Shown: positions 1 through 12,677, counted from the first letter of the stretch. The stretch is DNA of 64,000 nt from Octopus sinensis (GCF_006345805.1 NC_043005.1:70866001-70930000), one strand, 5' to 3'. The notes: generated by a model not told the origin, from the letters alone. Numbers and translations: made by a program.

Positions 1-166
1 AATAATAATAATAACATTGAAAAATACTTTAGGAATGAGAACCCAGGTTCGAAATTTCCCCAAGATACCTGATGAAGGCTGGAGGATATATCAGCTGAAA
101 CGTTGTGTTAACAACAAACAAGATGAGGACAAATATCCATCAAATGTAAATAATGTAAATAATGTA
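1..166 (+). mobile_element. Penelope-like element 3' end (pLTR) following an (AAT)n tract
   Basis: Same sequence recurs at 19250-19445, where it follows a GIY-YIG C-terminal remnant; contains an HHR fold. Confidence 0.75.
64..109 (+). ncRNA. Minimal type I hammerhead ribozyme
   Basis: GATAC-CTGATGA-A-GGCTG(10 nt)CAGCT-GAAA-CG-TT-GTGTT; stem I GATAC/GTGTT, palindromic ACGT stem III. Confidence 0.75.
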
Positions 167-394
167 AGACTATATTAATTGCCTCTTCACCTTACTACTG
201 AGTTATTTAGAGATCCAGATGTGGCAGCATAGAAAGATGTTTGCTTCTCCACCAAATGGTTCTAGGTTCAGTCCCACTGCTTGGCACATTGGACTAACGT
301 CTTCTACTATAGCCTCAGGCTAACTAAAGCCTTGTGAGTGGATTTGGTAGATGTGTATGAGATTCTAAAACCAAAGTGTTACATAAAATGTGTG

Positions 395-610
395 GGTGTT
401 GGTGTCATGTAAAAAGCACCCAGTACACTCTGTAAAGTGGCTGGCATTAGGAAGGGTGTCCAACTGTAGAATCCATGCCAAAACAGACTATGGAACTTGG
501 AATGGTTCCTTGCCTTTCCAGTTCCTGTCTAACCATCTGACCTATGCCAGCATAGAAAAGGACATTAAATGTAGATGATGATAATGAAGATGATGGTTAT
601 GATGATGATG
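395..610 (+). mobile_element. RTE LINE 3' UTR fragment with (GAT)n tail
   Basis: AAAAAGCACCCAGTACACTC...GGCATTAGGAAGGG...AAATGTAGATGATGAT; matches the tail of the RTE copy at 27100-27300. Confidence 0.7.
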
Positions 611-804
611 TTGCTTCACTGTAGTCTCCATATAATACTAAACTTTGGCAGAATACTTTTATATTTACAGTCGACACATATGAAAATAACAAAACTACAC
701 TAGCAAGTGTGTGTGTGCATGTATGTTTGTTTATATATATGCATATGTGCATGTCCGTATATATATTATGAATGTATGTGTATATGGGTGGGTATGTGTG
801 TGTG

Positions 805-1060
805 AAGGTGCATGGCTTAGTGGTTAAGATGTTGCACTCATGATTGCGAGATCATAGGTTCAATTCCCAGACCAGCTGCTGCATTGTGTTCTTGAACAAA
901 GCACTTCATTTCACATTGCTCTGCGATGATTTCGACATCTGCCATGAGGCACCTGTTTGCACCACTATATCTGAAGGGAGGTGAGCTTGCATCTATACAA
1001 ACAATCATCTGTGTGGTTGTTTGGTAAGAAATAGTCGAATCCCCATGCGTCATCTAACGA
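805..1060 (+). mobile_element. tRNA-derived SINE (head GGTGCATGGCTTAGTGGTT)
   Basis: A-box-like TGGCTTAGTGG, B-box-like GGTTCAATTCC, followed by GTGTTCTTGAACAAAGCACTT; related copy at 37878-38125. Confidence 0.7.
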
Positions 1061-1110
1061 TTGGTGAGTTTATTATATGTATATATACACTCATACACAC
1101 ATACATGTAT

Positions 1111-1144
<34 letters not shown>

Positions 1145-1154
1145 TATATATACG

Positions 1155-1385
1155 CCTGGCCCCTGTGGCCGTTGCCAGCCTCGCCTGGCACCTGTGCGGG
1201 TGGCACGTAAAAAGCACCCACTACACTCACGGAGTGGTTGGCGTTAGGAAGGGCATCCAGCCGTAGAAACACTGCCAGATCAGACTGGGCCTGATGCAGC
1301 CGTCTGGCTTCACAGACCCCAGTTGAACCATCCAACCCATGCTAGCATGGAAAGCGGACGCTAAATGATGATGATGATGATGATG
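1155..1385 (+). mobile_element. RTE 3' UTR fragment with (GAT)n tail
   Basis: Well conserved copy ending GGAAAGCGGACGCTAAATGATGATG. Confidence 0.8.
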
Positions 1386-1729
1386 ATATATGAACATTAT
1401 TAATGTCACATATATGTGTTGTGAAACACTCTAACGCTGCAATATTTTATCCAAGAAAGGTTCATTAATAGCCTAGAGTGTATAATTAAAAGCCGAGCAA
1501 AACGAGCCAGCCTGGAAGTGAGCAAAAATGACACACGTTGATATTTTGTAGCTAAATTCTGCTCATCGGTGCTGTATGCTCAGTTCACCCTCAAAATAAT
1601 TTTAAATTGTTGGCCTGAAGTATATACAGACATTGAGAATATTTACATCAGAGCTGCTGCTAAAAACAAAATGTGAATACACGCACACATGGTCAAAATG
1701 TACAAAAAACAGAAAAAAATAAACCGAAA

Positions 1730-1880
1730 ATAAAGACAGGTGAAGGGAACATCAATCAAGCTGTATTAGTTTGATGCTTGGGAAAAATGGAGAAGTCTTT
1801 GATTTTTCAAGCCTACTCTCATCAAGAGAAAAGGATGAGGAATAAAAATGGAAAGAGACAAAAACATGCCTGGTTTAAAA
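1730..1880 (-). mobile_element. Decayed PLE pLTR with degenerate HHR (about 1797-1830)
   Basis: Minus strand TTGATGA-GAG-TAGG-CTT-GAAA-AATC-AAAG; flanks resemble the 14002-14230 family. Confidence 0.45.
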
Positions 1881-1984
1881 GTTTCACATGTTGAATTAAT
1901 TGGAGGTTGTTGATATATAATCAATAATTGGATGTCCACATTCCACAGGGGATTGGAATGAAGAATTATGAAGGTGCCATTGCG

Positions 1985-2300
1985 CCTTCATGTGGAGATG
2001 CAATGGCCCAGTGGTTAGAGAAGTGGACTCGTGGTCGTAGGATTGTGGTTTCGATTCCCAGATCAGGCGTTGTGAGTGTTTATTGCTCGTAAACCCATAA
2101 AGCTCCAAGAGGCTCCGGCAGGGGGTGGTGGTGATCCTTGCTGTTCTCTTTCACCACAACTTTCTCTCACTCTTTCTTCTGTTGGCCTGCTCCCTTAGCC
2201 AGCGGGGTGGTGTCATTTGAAGGCTAAAACAATGTGAAGCGCATTGTGACTAGCGATGTGTAGCAACATCTGTGGCCTGGTTGGTCATGTTATCACATGA
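1985..2300 (+). mobile_element. tRNA-derived SINE (head TGGAGATGCAATGGCCCAGTGGTTAG)
   Basis: A/B box-like motifs and GGCTCCGGCAGGGGGTGGTGG body; related copies at 46390-46710 (-) and 47095-47390 (+). Confidence 0.8.
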
Positions 2301-2704
2301 TATCAGTTCTTATTTGGATCTACTATTTCCCTAATAAAACAGAGGACCACTAGTGTAGCTACAGTGTGTACTGCCTGGGGCAGCTCTGCCCTTTGCCACC
2401 CCTCAGACCCAATAAAAATCACATATTGCCTACAGCAGACCCAAAAGTGCCACCAAGGCTGAACCACCTTTACTGCCTCACCCTAGCTATGCTAGTGCAG
2501 AGGACCATGTCTTACTTTCATGTCTCAGATTTGGGATTAATTTCTATGGTTGCGAGCCCTTCTTTTTGCCAACCACTTCCAAGATTATTCTGGGAGCATT
2601 TTGTTGTAACACTAGCACTTGAAAACTTGTAGTACCCTCAGCAAGGTTAAAGAACCCTCTTTACAGAGAATTTGTTTTGCCTGATAACGCAGTGAGAACT
2701 TATA

Positions 2705-2935
2705 AGGCGGTGAGCTGGCAGAAACGTTAGCATGCCGGGCAAAATGCTTAGTCTACCAATACATTCTGAATTCAAATTCTGCCGAGGTCAACTTTGACTT
2801 TCATCCTTTCGGGGTTGATAAATTAAGTACCAGTTACGCACTGGGGTTGATGTAATCGACTTAACCCTTTTGTCTGTCCTTGTTTGTCACCTCTAAGTTT
2901 AGCCCCTTGTGGGCAATAAAGAAATAAGAGAACTT
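2705..2935 (+). mobile_element. SINE family B (GGCGGTGAGCTGGCAGAAACGTTAGC... head)
   Basis: Many copies in the window share TTCTGAGTTCAAATTCCGCCGAGGTCGACTTTG. Confidence 0.85.
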
Positions 2936-2949
2936 ATGTTGCCTCTGCT

Positions 2950-3870
2950 TGTGCATTTTATTCTTGCACTGACACTTATTCAGTAGCTCTGCACCTCGCA
3001 AGAATTCATTTCTAAGAGGATGTTGAAAGAAGCTGAAGTAGTAAGCAATGGTGAGAACAGTTAATGGTGTGAGAGTGTGGTAGAGGAAGGAGTCATACGA
3101 ATTGAGATTGATAGAAGAGATGAGAACTTTGGAGCATAAGAGATTAATTAGAAGAAAGAGAAATAGAAAAGGATGAGAGGGACGTAGAAGAGGAAATAGT
3201 AGAAGTGAGTGAGAGATGATTGTAGAGAGGCAAGTAACAGACATGACAGTTCTGACATTCTACACCACTGACTATACAAGGAAATAGGGAAGATGTTATA
3301 TAATTTCACAAGTCAGCCTTGTTATTCAGTTGCAATTTGTGGATTAATTTATGGAAAAGAGACAGTAACTCCTGGTGTTTATGAGAGAGAAAGGCAATGA
3401 TGAAAATGATATATTTGAGGTTAAAAGGATGAATGGTTGCTGGATAGTCATAGAGAGGGATGATAGTAAGAGAAGAGTGATGTGTTTAAATTATGAGTAA
3501 CCTGGGGATGGTGTGATTGCTAGAGGGAATTTTGACAGCAGGAGGTATCCGAAATGGATGGTTCTAATGGAGTCCTTTGTTTCACTGGAACTGGGATGAA
3601 AGAGAGAGAGAGTGTGTGTGAAAGACAGAGGTAAAGTAATAAGGATGGTGGAGGGAAAGAATAGAGGGATGGGGATTTAGTGATATTTCACGTTATTTGG
3701 ATGGAATTGTACAGTGAATAGGAAAAGGTAATTGATAGAAAGTTGGGAAGGTGATGAAGAGACAGGTTTAAGAGGAAAGATGATGAGTGAAGGAGAAGTT
3801 GAAGGAATCATAGAAACAGGTAGAAAGCATGATGAGGAAATAACTATGCAGATACCTTATACACCCCAGC
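2950..3870 (-). mobile_element. Highly decayed retroelement, possibly PLE (Neptune-like) coding remnant
   Basis: Purine-rich plus strand with pyrimidine-rich pseudo-coding minus strand, similar in character to 14250-14460; no clean motif. Confidence 0.3.
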
Positions 3871-3889
3871 CACCACAAAGATTATTTTA

Positions 3890-4420
3890 GCATTTTTTTT
3901 TTACTGTCTTTGCACGTGTGCATGGGAAAGCATGTCTGCCCCAGTTTTGTTTGTTGTCAGTTATTGCTGTCCTTGGTTATCTCCTTTGTGAGGCTCACTA
4001 ATTTGTTTCATGTCTTCCCAGGTTTCCCTCTTCCATAGATTCCATCCATTGTAAGCACTCAGCACATTTTTGTACATATGCCATTATTTGCATATACATC
4101 ATGTGTCCACACCGTAGCAGTTTTTTTACTTTTGCTCACTATATCAGGCTCCAATATTTTTGGTGGTGCATGCTGGAATCCCATTGTGTATGTTTGCAGA
4201 TCTTTTACATTGAATGACCCCTATCTCACAACCATGCAGGATCAAGTTTCTTACTCAGGCATTACACAATGTATTCTTCTCTCACAAAAAGAACCTCCTT
4301 CTTGCTAGCAGAGTTCATAACACCTTCAACGATTTTCCCTCCTTCCTTACACTGGTTTCAATGCTATTGGAACACAAACCTTCACTGCTGATTAGATTTC
4401 TTAAAAAATAGAGCAACATA
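3890..4420 (-). mobile_element. RTE LINE ORF C-terminal fragment (decayed)
   Basis: Minus-strand translation fragments resemble the RTE RT C-terminus (LILHGCE, LLRCGH, GRGKPGKT-like). Confidence 0.55.
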
Positions 4421-4529
4421 TTAGAGAGAGGATGGCCATAGATGGAGAGTCTTTTGTTTGCTTGACATGGCTCATCTGGAGCTAAGCAGCAAAATCAATT
4501 TGTGTGGTTACTCTCTCTTTACTCTTATT

Positions 4530-4910
4530 CTTTTGCTCTTTTACTTGTTTCAATCATTTGAGTGCAGCCATGCTGGAGCACCACCCTTAGTCGAACAAAT
4601 CGACCCCAGGACTTATTCTTTGTAAGCCTAGTACTTATTCTATCGGTCTCTTTTGCCGAACTGCTAAGTTATGGGGGACATAAACACACCAGCATCAGTT
4701 GTCAAGCAATGTTGGTGGGGACAAACACAGACACACAAACACATACACACACAAATATATATATACATATATACGACGGGCTTCTTCCAGTTTCCGTCTA
4801 CCAAATCCACTCACAAGGCTTTGGTCGGCCCGAGGCTACAGGAGAAGACACTTGCCCAAGGTGCCACGCAGTGGGACTAAACCTAGAACTATGTGGTTCA
4901 TAAGCAAGCT
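4530..4910 (-). mobile_element. SINE family A (tRNA-like head, CCTTGGGCAAG core, internal (TA)/(TG)n, GTAAAAGA tail)
   Basis: Near full-length copy of the most abundant repeat in the window. Confidence 0.9.
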
Positions 4911-5279
4911 AAGATTTTCCACATCTTAGTGATGGTCCAGTTGCCATCCTATACTTCACATACTGACAGAGAGAAACATCAGTGATCTGAGATAACTAAA
5001 GGTATGTTTGATCATTGCCAGCCAAAGACTCTCCATTCAGAAAATGGCTCTTAATAATATCATTACTCAAGCATCTCAGAGAACACATAACAACACAACT
5101 TGAGAAAAGCTGCCTGCTTTTTGAACTTCTCCATAGGGTGTCCTGAGACAGCAGCAAACAGCAATTACATTGTAAACTTCAATATATGTTCCATGTACTC
5201 TAAAAGAAGTCATGTAGCACCAGCAGAAGCCATAAAAAAGACAATCCAACAATGTCTAGAGAGAGGATGGAATCGTATA

Positions 5280-5680
5280 CTCTTTTACTCTTTTACTTGT
5301 TTCAGTCATTTGACTGTGGCCATGCTGGAGCACCACCTTTCATCAAGCAAATCGACCCCAGGACTTATTCTTTGTAAGTCTAGTACTTATTCTATCAGTC
5401 TCTTTTGCCAAACCGCTAAGTTACGAGGACGTAAACACACCAGCATTGGTTGTCAAGCGATGTTAGTGGGGACAAACACAGACACACAAACATACACACA
5501 CACACATATATATATATATACATATATACAACAGGCTTCTTTCAGTTTCCATCTACCAAATCTACTCACAAGGCTTTGGTTGGCCCGAAGCTATAGTAGA
5601 AGACACTTGCCCAAGTGGGACTGAACCCGGAACTCTGTGGTTGGTAAGCAAGCTACTTACTACGCAGCCACTCCTGCACA
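5280..5680 (-). mobile_element. SINE family A
   Basis: Full-length copy. Confidence 0.9.
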
Positions 5681-6266
5681 TATGGCAGACTTTCTACAAG
5701 GAATTCTCAGATCCTTTTTAAAGTTCTACACCATTAAAGATACATTGATGTAATCTTCTGCAGCACCTTATCTGTCAATACTACAAAATAACAATTTCAA
5801 ATTTTGGCACATGGCTAGCAATTTTGGGGGAAAGGGTTGAGCCAATTATATCAACCCCCAGTACTCCACTGGTACTTATTTTATAAACCCCCAAAAGGAT
5901 GAAAGCAAATTTGACTTGGGCAGAATTTGAACTAAGAAGATGGACAAAATGTTGCTATGCGTTTTGTCTAGTGTGCTAATGGTTCTTCTAGATTGCTGCC
6001 ATGATATACAGAAATAATAAAAGCATTTAAATCAACCACTAAATTCTTAGTCTGTTACCCTACCCTGACTATTTTTTCTATGGGGTGCTTGCAGAAACTG
6101 AGAATCTGAACAATAACGTAACTACTTATTTTTATTAATTTTCAAGCAGATTTAAACAAATGTGTGACCTTTGATGCGTTTTTAGGGTTTTTTTGTCATC
6201 AGTGGACGCTTCCTCTCTTTGAGCAATATGTGTTCTTAACACATACAATTCACTGGTGTCAGGAGA

Positions 6267-6317
6267 CTTTGAGACACTATAGTGTTTCAACCTCATTGTG
6301 TGTCTCATCAGTCAAAG
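6267..6317 (-). ncRNA. Type I hammerhead ribozyme, near canonical
   Basis: CTTTGA-CTGATGA-GAC(10 nt)GTT-GAAACAC-TATA-GTGTC-TCAAAG: 6-bp stem I, 4-bp stem III, GUC triplet. Confidence 0.85.
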
Positions 6318-6639
6318 CTATCATACCAGATCGATGTATCTCAAAAGAGCATAAGCTCTTGTTTATAGGAATAAATTATTTGCTGATGTATACTGATGTC
6401 TGCCAAACAGATAATAATTCATGCGGTGCACACAGAATAGTGAGAATCCATACAGTGATATATCTATTCATTTCATAAGAATAAATATATACATTATTGT
6501 TTGGATATTTCACCACACTGCTATAAACCACATTTTACTGCGAAAATGTCATAATCACAATTTAACCACGTTGCTTGAGATACGCCAATACATTAAATGC
6601 AGAAATAGACAGATTTACAGACAGATGTGTATACCTGTG

Positions 6640-6687
6640 TGTGCATGAGAATGCCTATATGTGTATGTGTGTACATGTGTGTTTATG

Positions 6688-6722
<35 letters not shown>

Positions 6723-6830
6723 ACATATGTGTGGGAGTAATATATATATCATCATTATCATCATTTAAAATCCACTTTCCATGCTACCATATTTATGAGT
6801 GTGTGTATGTGTATATAATATTTATGTCTG

Positions 6831-6885
<55 letters not shown>

Positions 6886-6897
6886 GTGCTACATATA

Positions 6898-6933
<36 letters not shown>

Positions 6934-7230
6934 TGTATGTATGTATGTATGTATGTATATGTATGTATGTATATGTATATATGTATATATATATGTGTGT
7001 GTGTGTGTGTATGTATCTATGTATATGTATGTATCTATATATATGTATGTATCTATATATATGTATGTGTATCTATATATATGTATATGTATTTATACAC
7101 ATATATATGTATATATGTATATATGAATACATGTATGTGTTTATCTGTATATGTATATATGTATATATGTATATGTGTGTTTGTGTGTGTATGGGAGAGA
7201 CAGGCATACACATACATATATGTATACAGA
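6640..7230. repeat. Compound (TA)n/(TG)n/(TATG)n microsatellite
   Basis: Direct reading. Confidence 0.95.
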
Positions 7231-7686
7231 CATTACCTTTTTAAAATCAAGCATTTTCGCTTTTCAGAAATTCTGTGTAATATTTCCTAGCAGTAATAGA
7301 AACATCGACACTATCTTACATTATATTTCTTTACTACTCTCAGTTTCTTTTACTTTATTCTTTCTCATATCTAGTTTATTGTTTAAAAGTGAGTGACTTC
7401 AAACCAAAACGATTCCGGCAGCACCTTCTTGGAGATGACTTCAGCTTAAAAATGCTGTCTTGAAATGCATCATGTGTTGTCTAATTCTTAAGACTTCAAT
7501 TTTCTCAGTGCATCTGTCAATACTTCGGTTTCTATATCCAGTCATTCACCTGTATTCTGATTTCATTCTATATTCACCTGTAATCTGATTATATTTTATA
7601 TCAATAGCCATTAACTAATTGTATAAGCTTGTATATATATCCACATGTACCAGCCCACTATAGACATTCAAATACCTATCTATTTC

Positions 7687-7745
<59 letters not shown>

Positions 7746-7854
7746 GTACATACATATGTACATACACATGTATATATATATGTATATATGTATATATATA
7801 TATATAAATATATGAAAGAATGGAGTTGAACGACGAATTAACAAAATTCCTTTA

Positions 7855-7937
7855 TTTTCGACATATGTTTCGAAGGCTGCATATTCCTAATTGCGAAGGA
7901 ATAAGGAGTATATTATGCCACTTTCTCATCAGGAAAA
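7855..7937 (-). ncRNA. Type I hammerhead ribozyme with long stem II insert
   Basis: TTTTC-CTGATGA-GAAA...CTTC-GAAAC-ATAT-GTC-GAAAA: 5-bp stem I, palindromic ACATATGT, GUC triplet. Confidence 0.85.
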
Positions 7938-8049
7938 GCAAGGAACTTATGTCAACATCAAGATGCACAAAAAACTTTTAGATGACTGCTCACACGGAGC
8001 CCATAGCCCATTATCGCTGGGAGAAGCAAAAGAAAAAGTAGAAGATTTC

Positions 8050-8475
8050 TTATTTCTTTATTGCCCACCAGGGGTTAAACTTAGAGGGGACAAACAAGGA
8101 GAGACAAACGGATTAAGTTGATTATATCAACCCCAGTGTGTAACTGGTACTTATTTTAGAGACCCCCCCCCCCGAAAGGATGAAAGGCAAAGTCGACCTC
8201 GGTGGAATTTGAACTCAGAACATAACGGCAGACAAAATACCTATTTCTTTACTGCCCACAAGGGGCTAAACATAGAGAGGACAAACAAGGATAGACAAAT
8301 AGATTAAGTCGATTGCATCGACCCCAGTGCAAAACTGGTACTTAATTTATCGACTTCTGAAAGGATGAAAGGCAAAGTCGACCTCGGCGGAATTTGAACT
8401 CAGAACGTAGTAGCAGATGAAATACTTCTAAGCATTTTGCTCAGATTGCAAACGTTTCTGCCAGCTCGCTGCCTT
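8050..8475 (-). mobile_element. Two tandem SINE family B copies
   Basis: Two consecutive reverse-complement copies. Confidence 0.85.
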
Positions 8476-9455
8476 ACATAGAGGAAGATTTCTATGTGTG
8501 AAAAGATGGAAATGGATTCAGTTTTTCCCTCATGTAAATTAGTACAAAAGGTTCTCATAGTGAAAGTGGTAGAAGGTATTTCAACTGGAAAAGCAACAAC
8601 TGTGACACTATCTGTTGTATCTTTAAGACTAAAGATACTGTCAAAACACAAGCCGAAATTGTCAGATATACCCCAAACCATACAGTTGTGCCTGAGTACA
8701 TAGGTCAAAGAAACATAAATGTCATGGTAAAAGACATAGGAAATAACACAGACTCATGACTGGTTGTAACTTTTTATGTCACAGTAAAGGTGAAAGGTCA
8801 AAGCAAGCTTAACAAAAGATGACCTGTGGCCGGGTCATAGTTTTGTAAGTCCTAATGATACCTGAATGCCACAGACCCATACTATAACTGTGCCCTGCAG
8901 AAAGCCTCTGAGACAAAGAGCTTAACATTAAGGATACACAGTTGAAAGTGTTGTTACATTTGTCAGAGTAAAACACACCTTATAGCTAATGTCTAACTAC
9001 ATGAGGTTCAGAGATATGACATGTTTCAGATTACAAAGCAGCATACTAAAGAAAAATCACAGACAATGAAGGTGAGAAGAGTGTATGAATGAGAAATGGT
9101 ATGCTTGTAATTTGTGCTTCTAAGAATTTAAAGCCATAAAGGTGCTAGTATAAAGGAGCACTCTATCAGTTACAATGACAAGGGCCCCAGCTGATATGAT
9201 TAACAGAACAGCTTGCTTGTGAAATTAACATATATATATTATTACCAGATCACTGGTAATAATAATTTATTTTATTACCCTTTTTACTATGTTTACATAT
9301 TACTCGATAAATTTGCTCATAGACCTTAAACCGGCATCCTCTCTGTTCCCCGGGTATGTTTTGCGTCTGCACACTGGTCCGAAAAGTTAGAGAAAGCAAG
9401 TCGGTAGAATCGCACATGCATCTAACGGTATGTACTTCTAGTATAACAAAGGCTG

Positions 9456-9528
9456 CTTGCTGAAGAGTCTAGCCTTGGCAGATAAATTATATTCTTCTGC
9501 TAAAAAAAAGACGAAACTGCAGTACAAG
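9456..9528 (+). ncRNA. Type I hammerhead ribozyme, intact core
   Basis: CTTG-CTGAAGA-GTC...GAC-GAAAC-TGCA-GTA-CAAG: palindromic ACTGCAGT, GUA triplet. Confidence 0.85.
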
Positions 9529-9626
9529 ATGAGCTGAGTTTGTAAACGTTTTTGATTTTCCTTTCATGAATTTATCCACTTTTTGTGTATCTGGTACTTG
9601 CTTCTTCTTTTAGAGGCCTTTTAATG

Positions 9627-9674
<48 letters not shown>

Positions 9675-10609
9675 TATGTCCAGAGCTGGTGTCAAATAAA
9701 AAACACCCAATCTACTTTATAAAGTGGTTGGCATTAGGAAGGGAATTCCACCCTAAAAAAAAAACATACTAAAACAGACAGTGAAGATTTTGGCAGTCCT
9801 CTGGCTTGCCAGCTCCTGTCAAACTGCCCAACCCACTACAGCATGGAAGATAGACTTTAAATGATGATGATGATGATGACGATGATGACAACGATGGTGT
9901 CCATTGTACCCAACACTGTCCAATGTATCCTTAACTTTTTTTGAGGTGAAAATGATGTGGCATCTATTTCTAGGAAATCAAGTGACCTCCTCATTTGTTT
10001 ATTAATGTATATGGAGCAGTTAATGACTTTGTTGTTTAAAACCAAGATAATCAGAAGCGCAAATGATAAAATCTATTACCAATGGCATTCTAGCCATGGC
10101 CAATCCATTTAAAAATATCGTGTGTCAACAATGTCAAGAACTAAATACCTGCACTGCATTATTGCTTCTTGGGAAAACTAGGGGCTTATTTGATGAAAAT
10201 TTTACTGCTATTTCTAGCAAGTCAAACAACCACCCAGAATTTCCCTACTAAATCCAATAAGTTATAACATCAATAAAATCGATGGTAAATTGATTTAATA
10301 GTTTATGGTTAATTTGAATTGCGACATCAACTAAACTTTTCAAGTAATACTGATGCAGAAAAGCACAATTTCAACCAGGAATCAAACAGAGTTCATCAGC
10401 AAATATTTTAGGTCTCCATTGACTCTCTTTGAAATATGCAGTATATGGCCTTTAATGAAAGTAGGGTTGCTTTGTTATTTTTGTTGGTGGTGTTTATATT
10501 TGTGTGTGTGTGTTTTTTTTTTTTCGCAATAGATAAAGAACTGAAAATGCTGACATGGCCTACTGATATAAATATAATTGCAAGTATAAATACATCAAAT
10601 ATTGCACAT

Positions 10610-10637
10610 AAAATATGTCTGTCTGTCTATCTATCAG

Positions 10638-10686
<49 letters not shown>

Positions 10687-10728
10687 TTATCTATCTATCT
10701 GTCTGTCTGTCTGTCTGTCTGTCTGTGT

Positions 10729-10775
<47 letters not shown>

Positions 10776-10780
10776 CATAC
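10610..10780. repeat. (TCTA)n/(TCTG)n/(TC)n/(TA)n microsatellite
   Basis: Direct reading. Confidence 0.95.
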
Positions 10781-11031
10781 CACAAATTATTTTACCTTTG
10801 CCCATATAATACAGTAAATGAATTGATTACATCGCAATCATTAACATTTATGTATTAACTTTGTTGGGTACTTCACTAGCAGTATATTGGATATATGTTA
10901 TCCCATGGAGGGTTGCATTTATAACCCCTATCTCAATTTGTATATATATATATGTATATATGTATATATATATGTATGTATATATATTATATGTATGTAT
11001 ATATATATATATATGTACATATATATGTGTG

Positions 11032-11081
<50 letters not shown>

Positions 11082-11565
11082 TATATATATATATCATATA
11101 TATATATATATTCTTTTACTCTTTTACTTGTTTCAGTCATTTGACTGCAGCCATGCTGAAGCACCGCTTTTAGTCGAACAAATCGTTACGAGGACTTATT
11201 TTTTGTAAGCTTAGTACTTATTCTATCACTCTGTATTGCCAATCCTCTAAACACACCAACATCGGTTGTCAAGCAATGGTGGGAGTACAAACATAGACAC
11301 AAAAACATATTCATATGCCGGTAGCATGTAAAAAAGTGCCATCTGAACATGGCCTATGCCAGCACCACCTTGACTGGCTCCCGTGCTGATGGCACATAAA
11401 AATAACGCACTACACTCACTAACTGGCCTTAGGAATGGCATTCAGCTGTAGAAACACTGCCAGATTGGACTGGAGCCTGGTGCAGCCTCCTGGCTTCCCA
11501 GACCCCGGTCAAGCCGTCCAATCTATGCTTGCATGGAAAACAGACGTTAAATGATGATGATGATG

Positions 11566-11597
<32 letters not shown>

Positions 11598-12413
11598 ATA
11601 GGGGACTAAAGTGTACATACACTGCTATATATTTTTTATATATAAAAAATACAAAAAATGGGACAATTTATATACATATATGTAAGTATGTATGTATATA
11701 TGTATGTATAGATGAATATATAAATAGATTGTCATCATCTTCATTGTCATCATTTAGCATCCGTTTTCCATGCTGGCATGAGTTACATGGTTTGATTGGA
11801 ACTGGTAAGCTTGATACCCAGGTGCAGCTACAGTTGGGTGCCATTCCTAATGCCAACCACTCCATGGTGTGTACTGGATGTCTTTTCGTGTCACTAGCAT
11901 GGATACTTTTCATGTGTCACCAATACAGGTGCCTTTTGCATGTCACACACACACACACGTGTGTGAATGTGTGCATGTGTGTATATGTGTGTGTGACACT
12001 CCATTGATTACTATGATGAGGGTTCCAGTTGATGCAATCAATGGAACAGCCTGCTTGTGAAATTAGCATGCTAATGGCTGAGCACTCCAAATATACGTGT
12101 CCCCTTAATGTAGTTCTCAGGGAAATGGGATTGGGGTGACCCTTTGAAATATAGGTACCCGCTATTTTTGCCATATATGTATATTTGTCAATCTGATATA
12201 AAATCAGATAAGTTGAGAATGGAACCGAACATTGTGGGGGATCTTTTACTTGTGCTTCAGATCATGGCACTCCCATATTCCTGAGCCTGCAACCCACATT
12301 GGCACTGGATATTTTACCATAGACTGTCTCTGGATTATGGGAGTAGAGTAGAAAGGGTCTGTGAGGTGCTGTGCAAGCTTTATTAGACCTAGAATTTTAG
12401 ATTGTGCATTTAC

Positions 12414-12564
12414 CTGCAAGGTGACTACCTGATACTCATGCAAGTAGGAGGGTGCATCCATGAGCATGGCAACTGTGGAGACAAATCCATGTAAAGCCGA
12501 CTGCTTTGTCACATGTTTATCCATTTTCTTACATGTCTGGCAAATATCTACAATTTTCTGATTC
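12414..12564 (-). CDS. Candidate internal host exon (151 nt), product unknown: NQKIVDICQTCKKMDKHVTKQSALHGFVSTVAMLMDAPSYLHEYQVVTLQ
   Basis: Non-repetitive, stop-free, flanked by tttcatttgctgatag acceptor and CAG|gtaaat donor. Confidence 0.5.
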
Positions 12565-12633
12565 CTATCAGCAAATGAAACATGTGTAATGGTGAAAAAC
12601 AATACCAAAAAATTTTTCGAACTTCCTATTTTG

Positions 12634-12677
<44 letters not shown>

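Noticed and set aside
6575-7290. Long ORFs rich in Y/I/C/V/M (also at 17.4-18.2 kb, 40.9 kb and 47.6-48.0 kb)
   Set aside because: They are translations of dinucleotide and tetranucleotide microsatellites.
10148-10243. 96-nt open minus-strand exon candidate (GNSGWLFDLLEIAVKF...)
   Set aside because: It overlaps the GCTAGAAATAGCAG repeat motif also seen near 56965 and 60790, so it is probably repeat-derived.
10360-10405. HHR-like CTGATGA...GAAAT on the minus strand
   Set aside because: Stems I and III do not pair.
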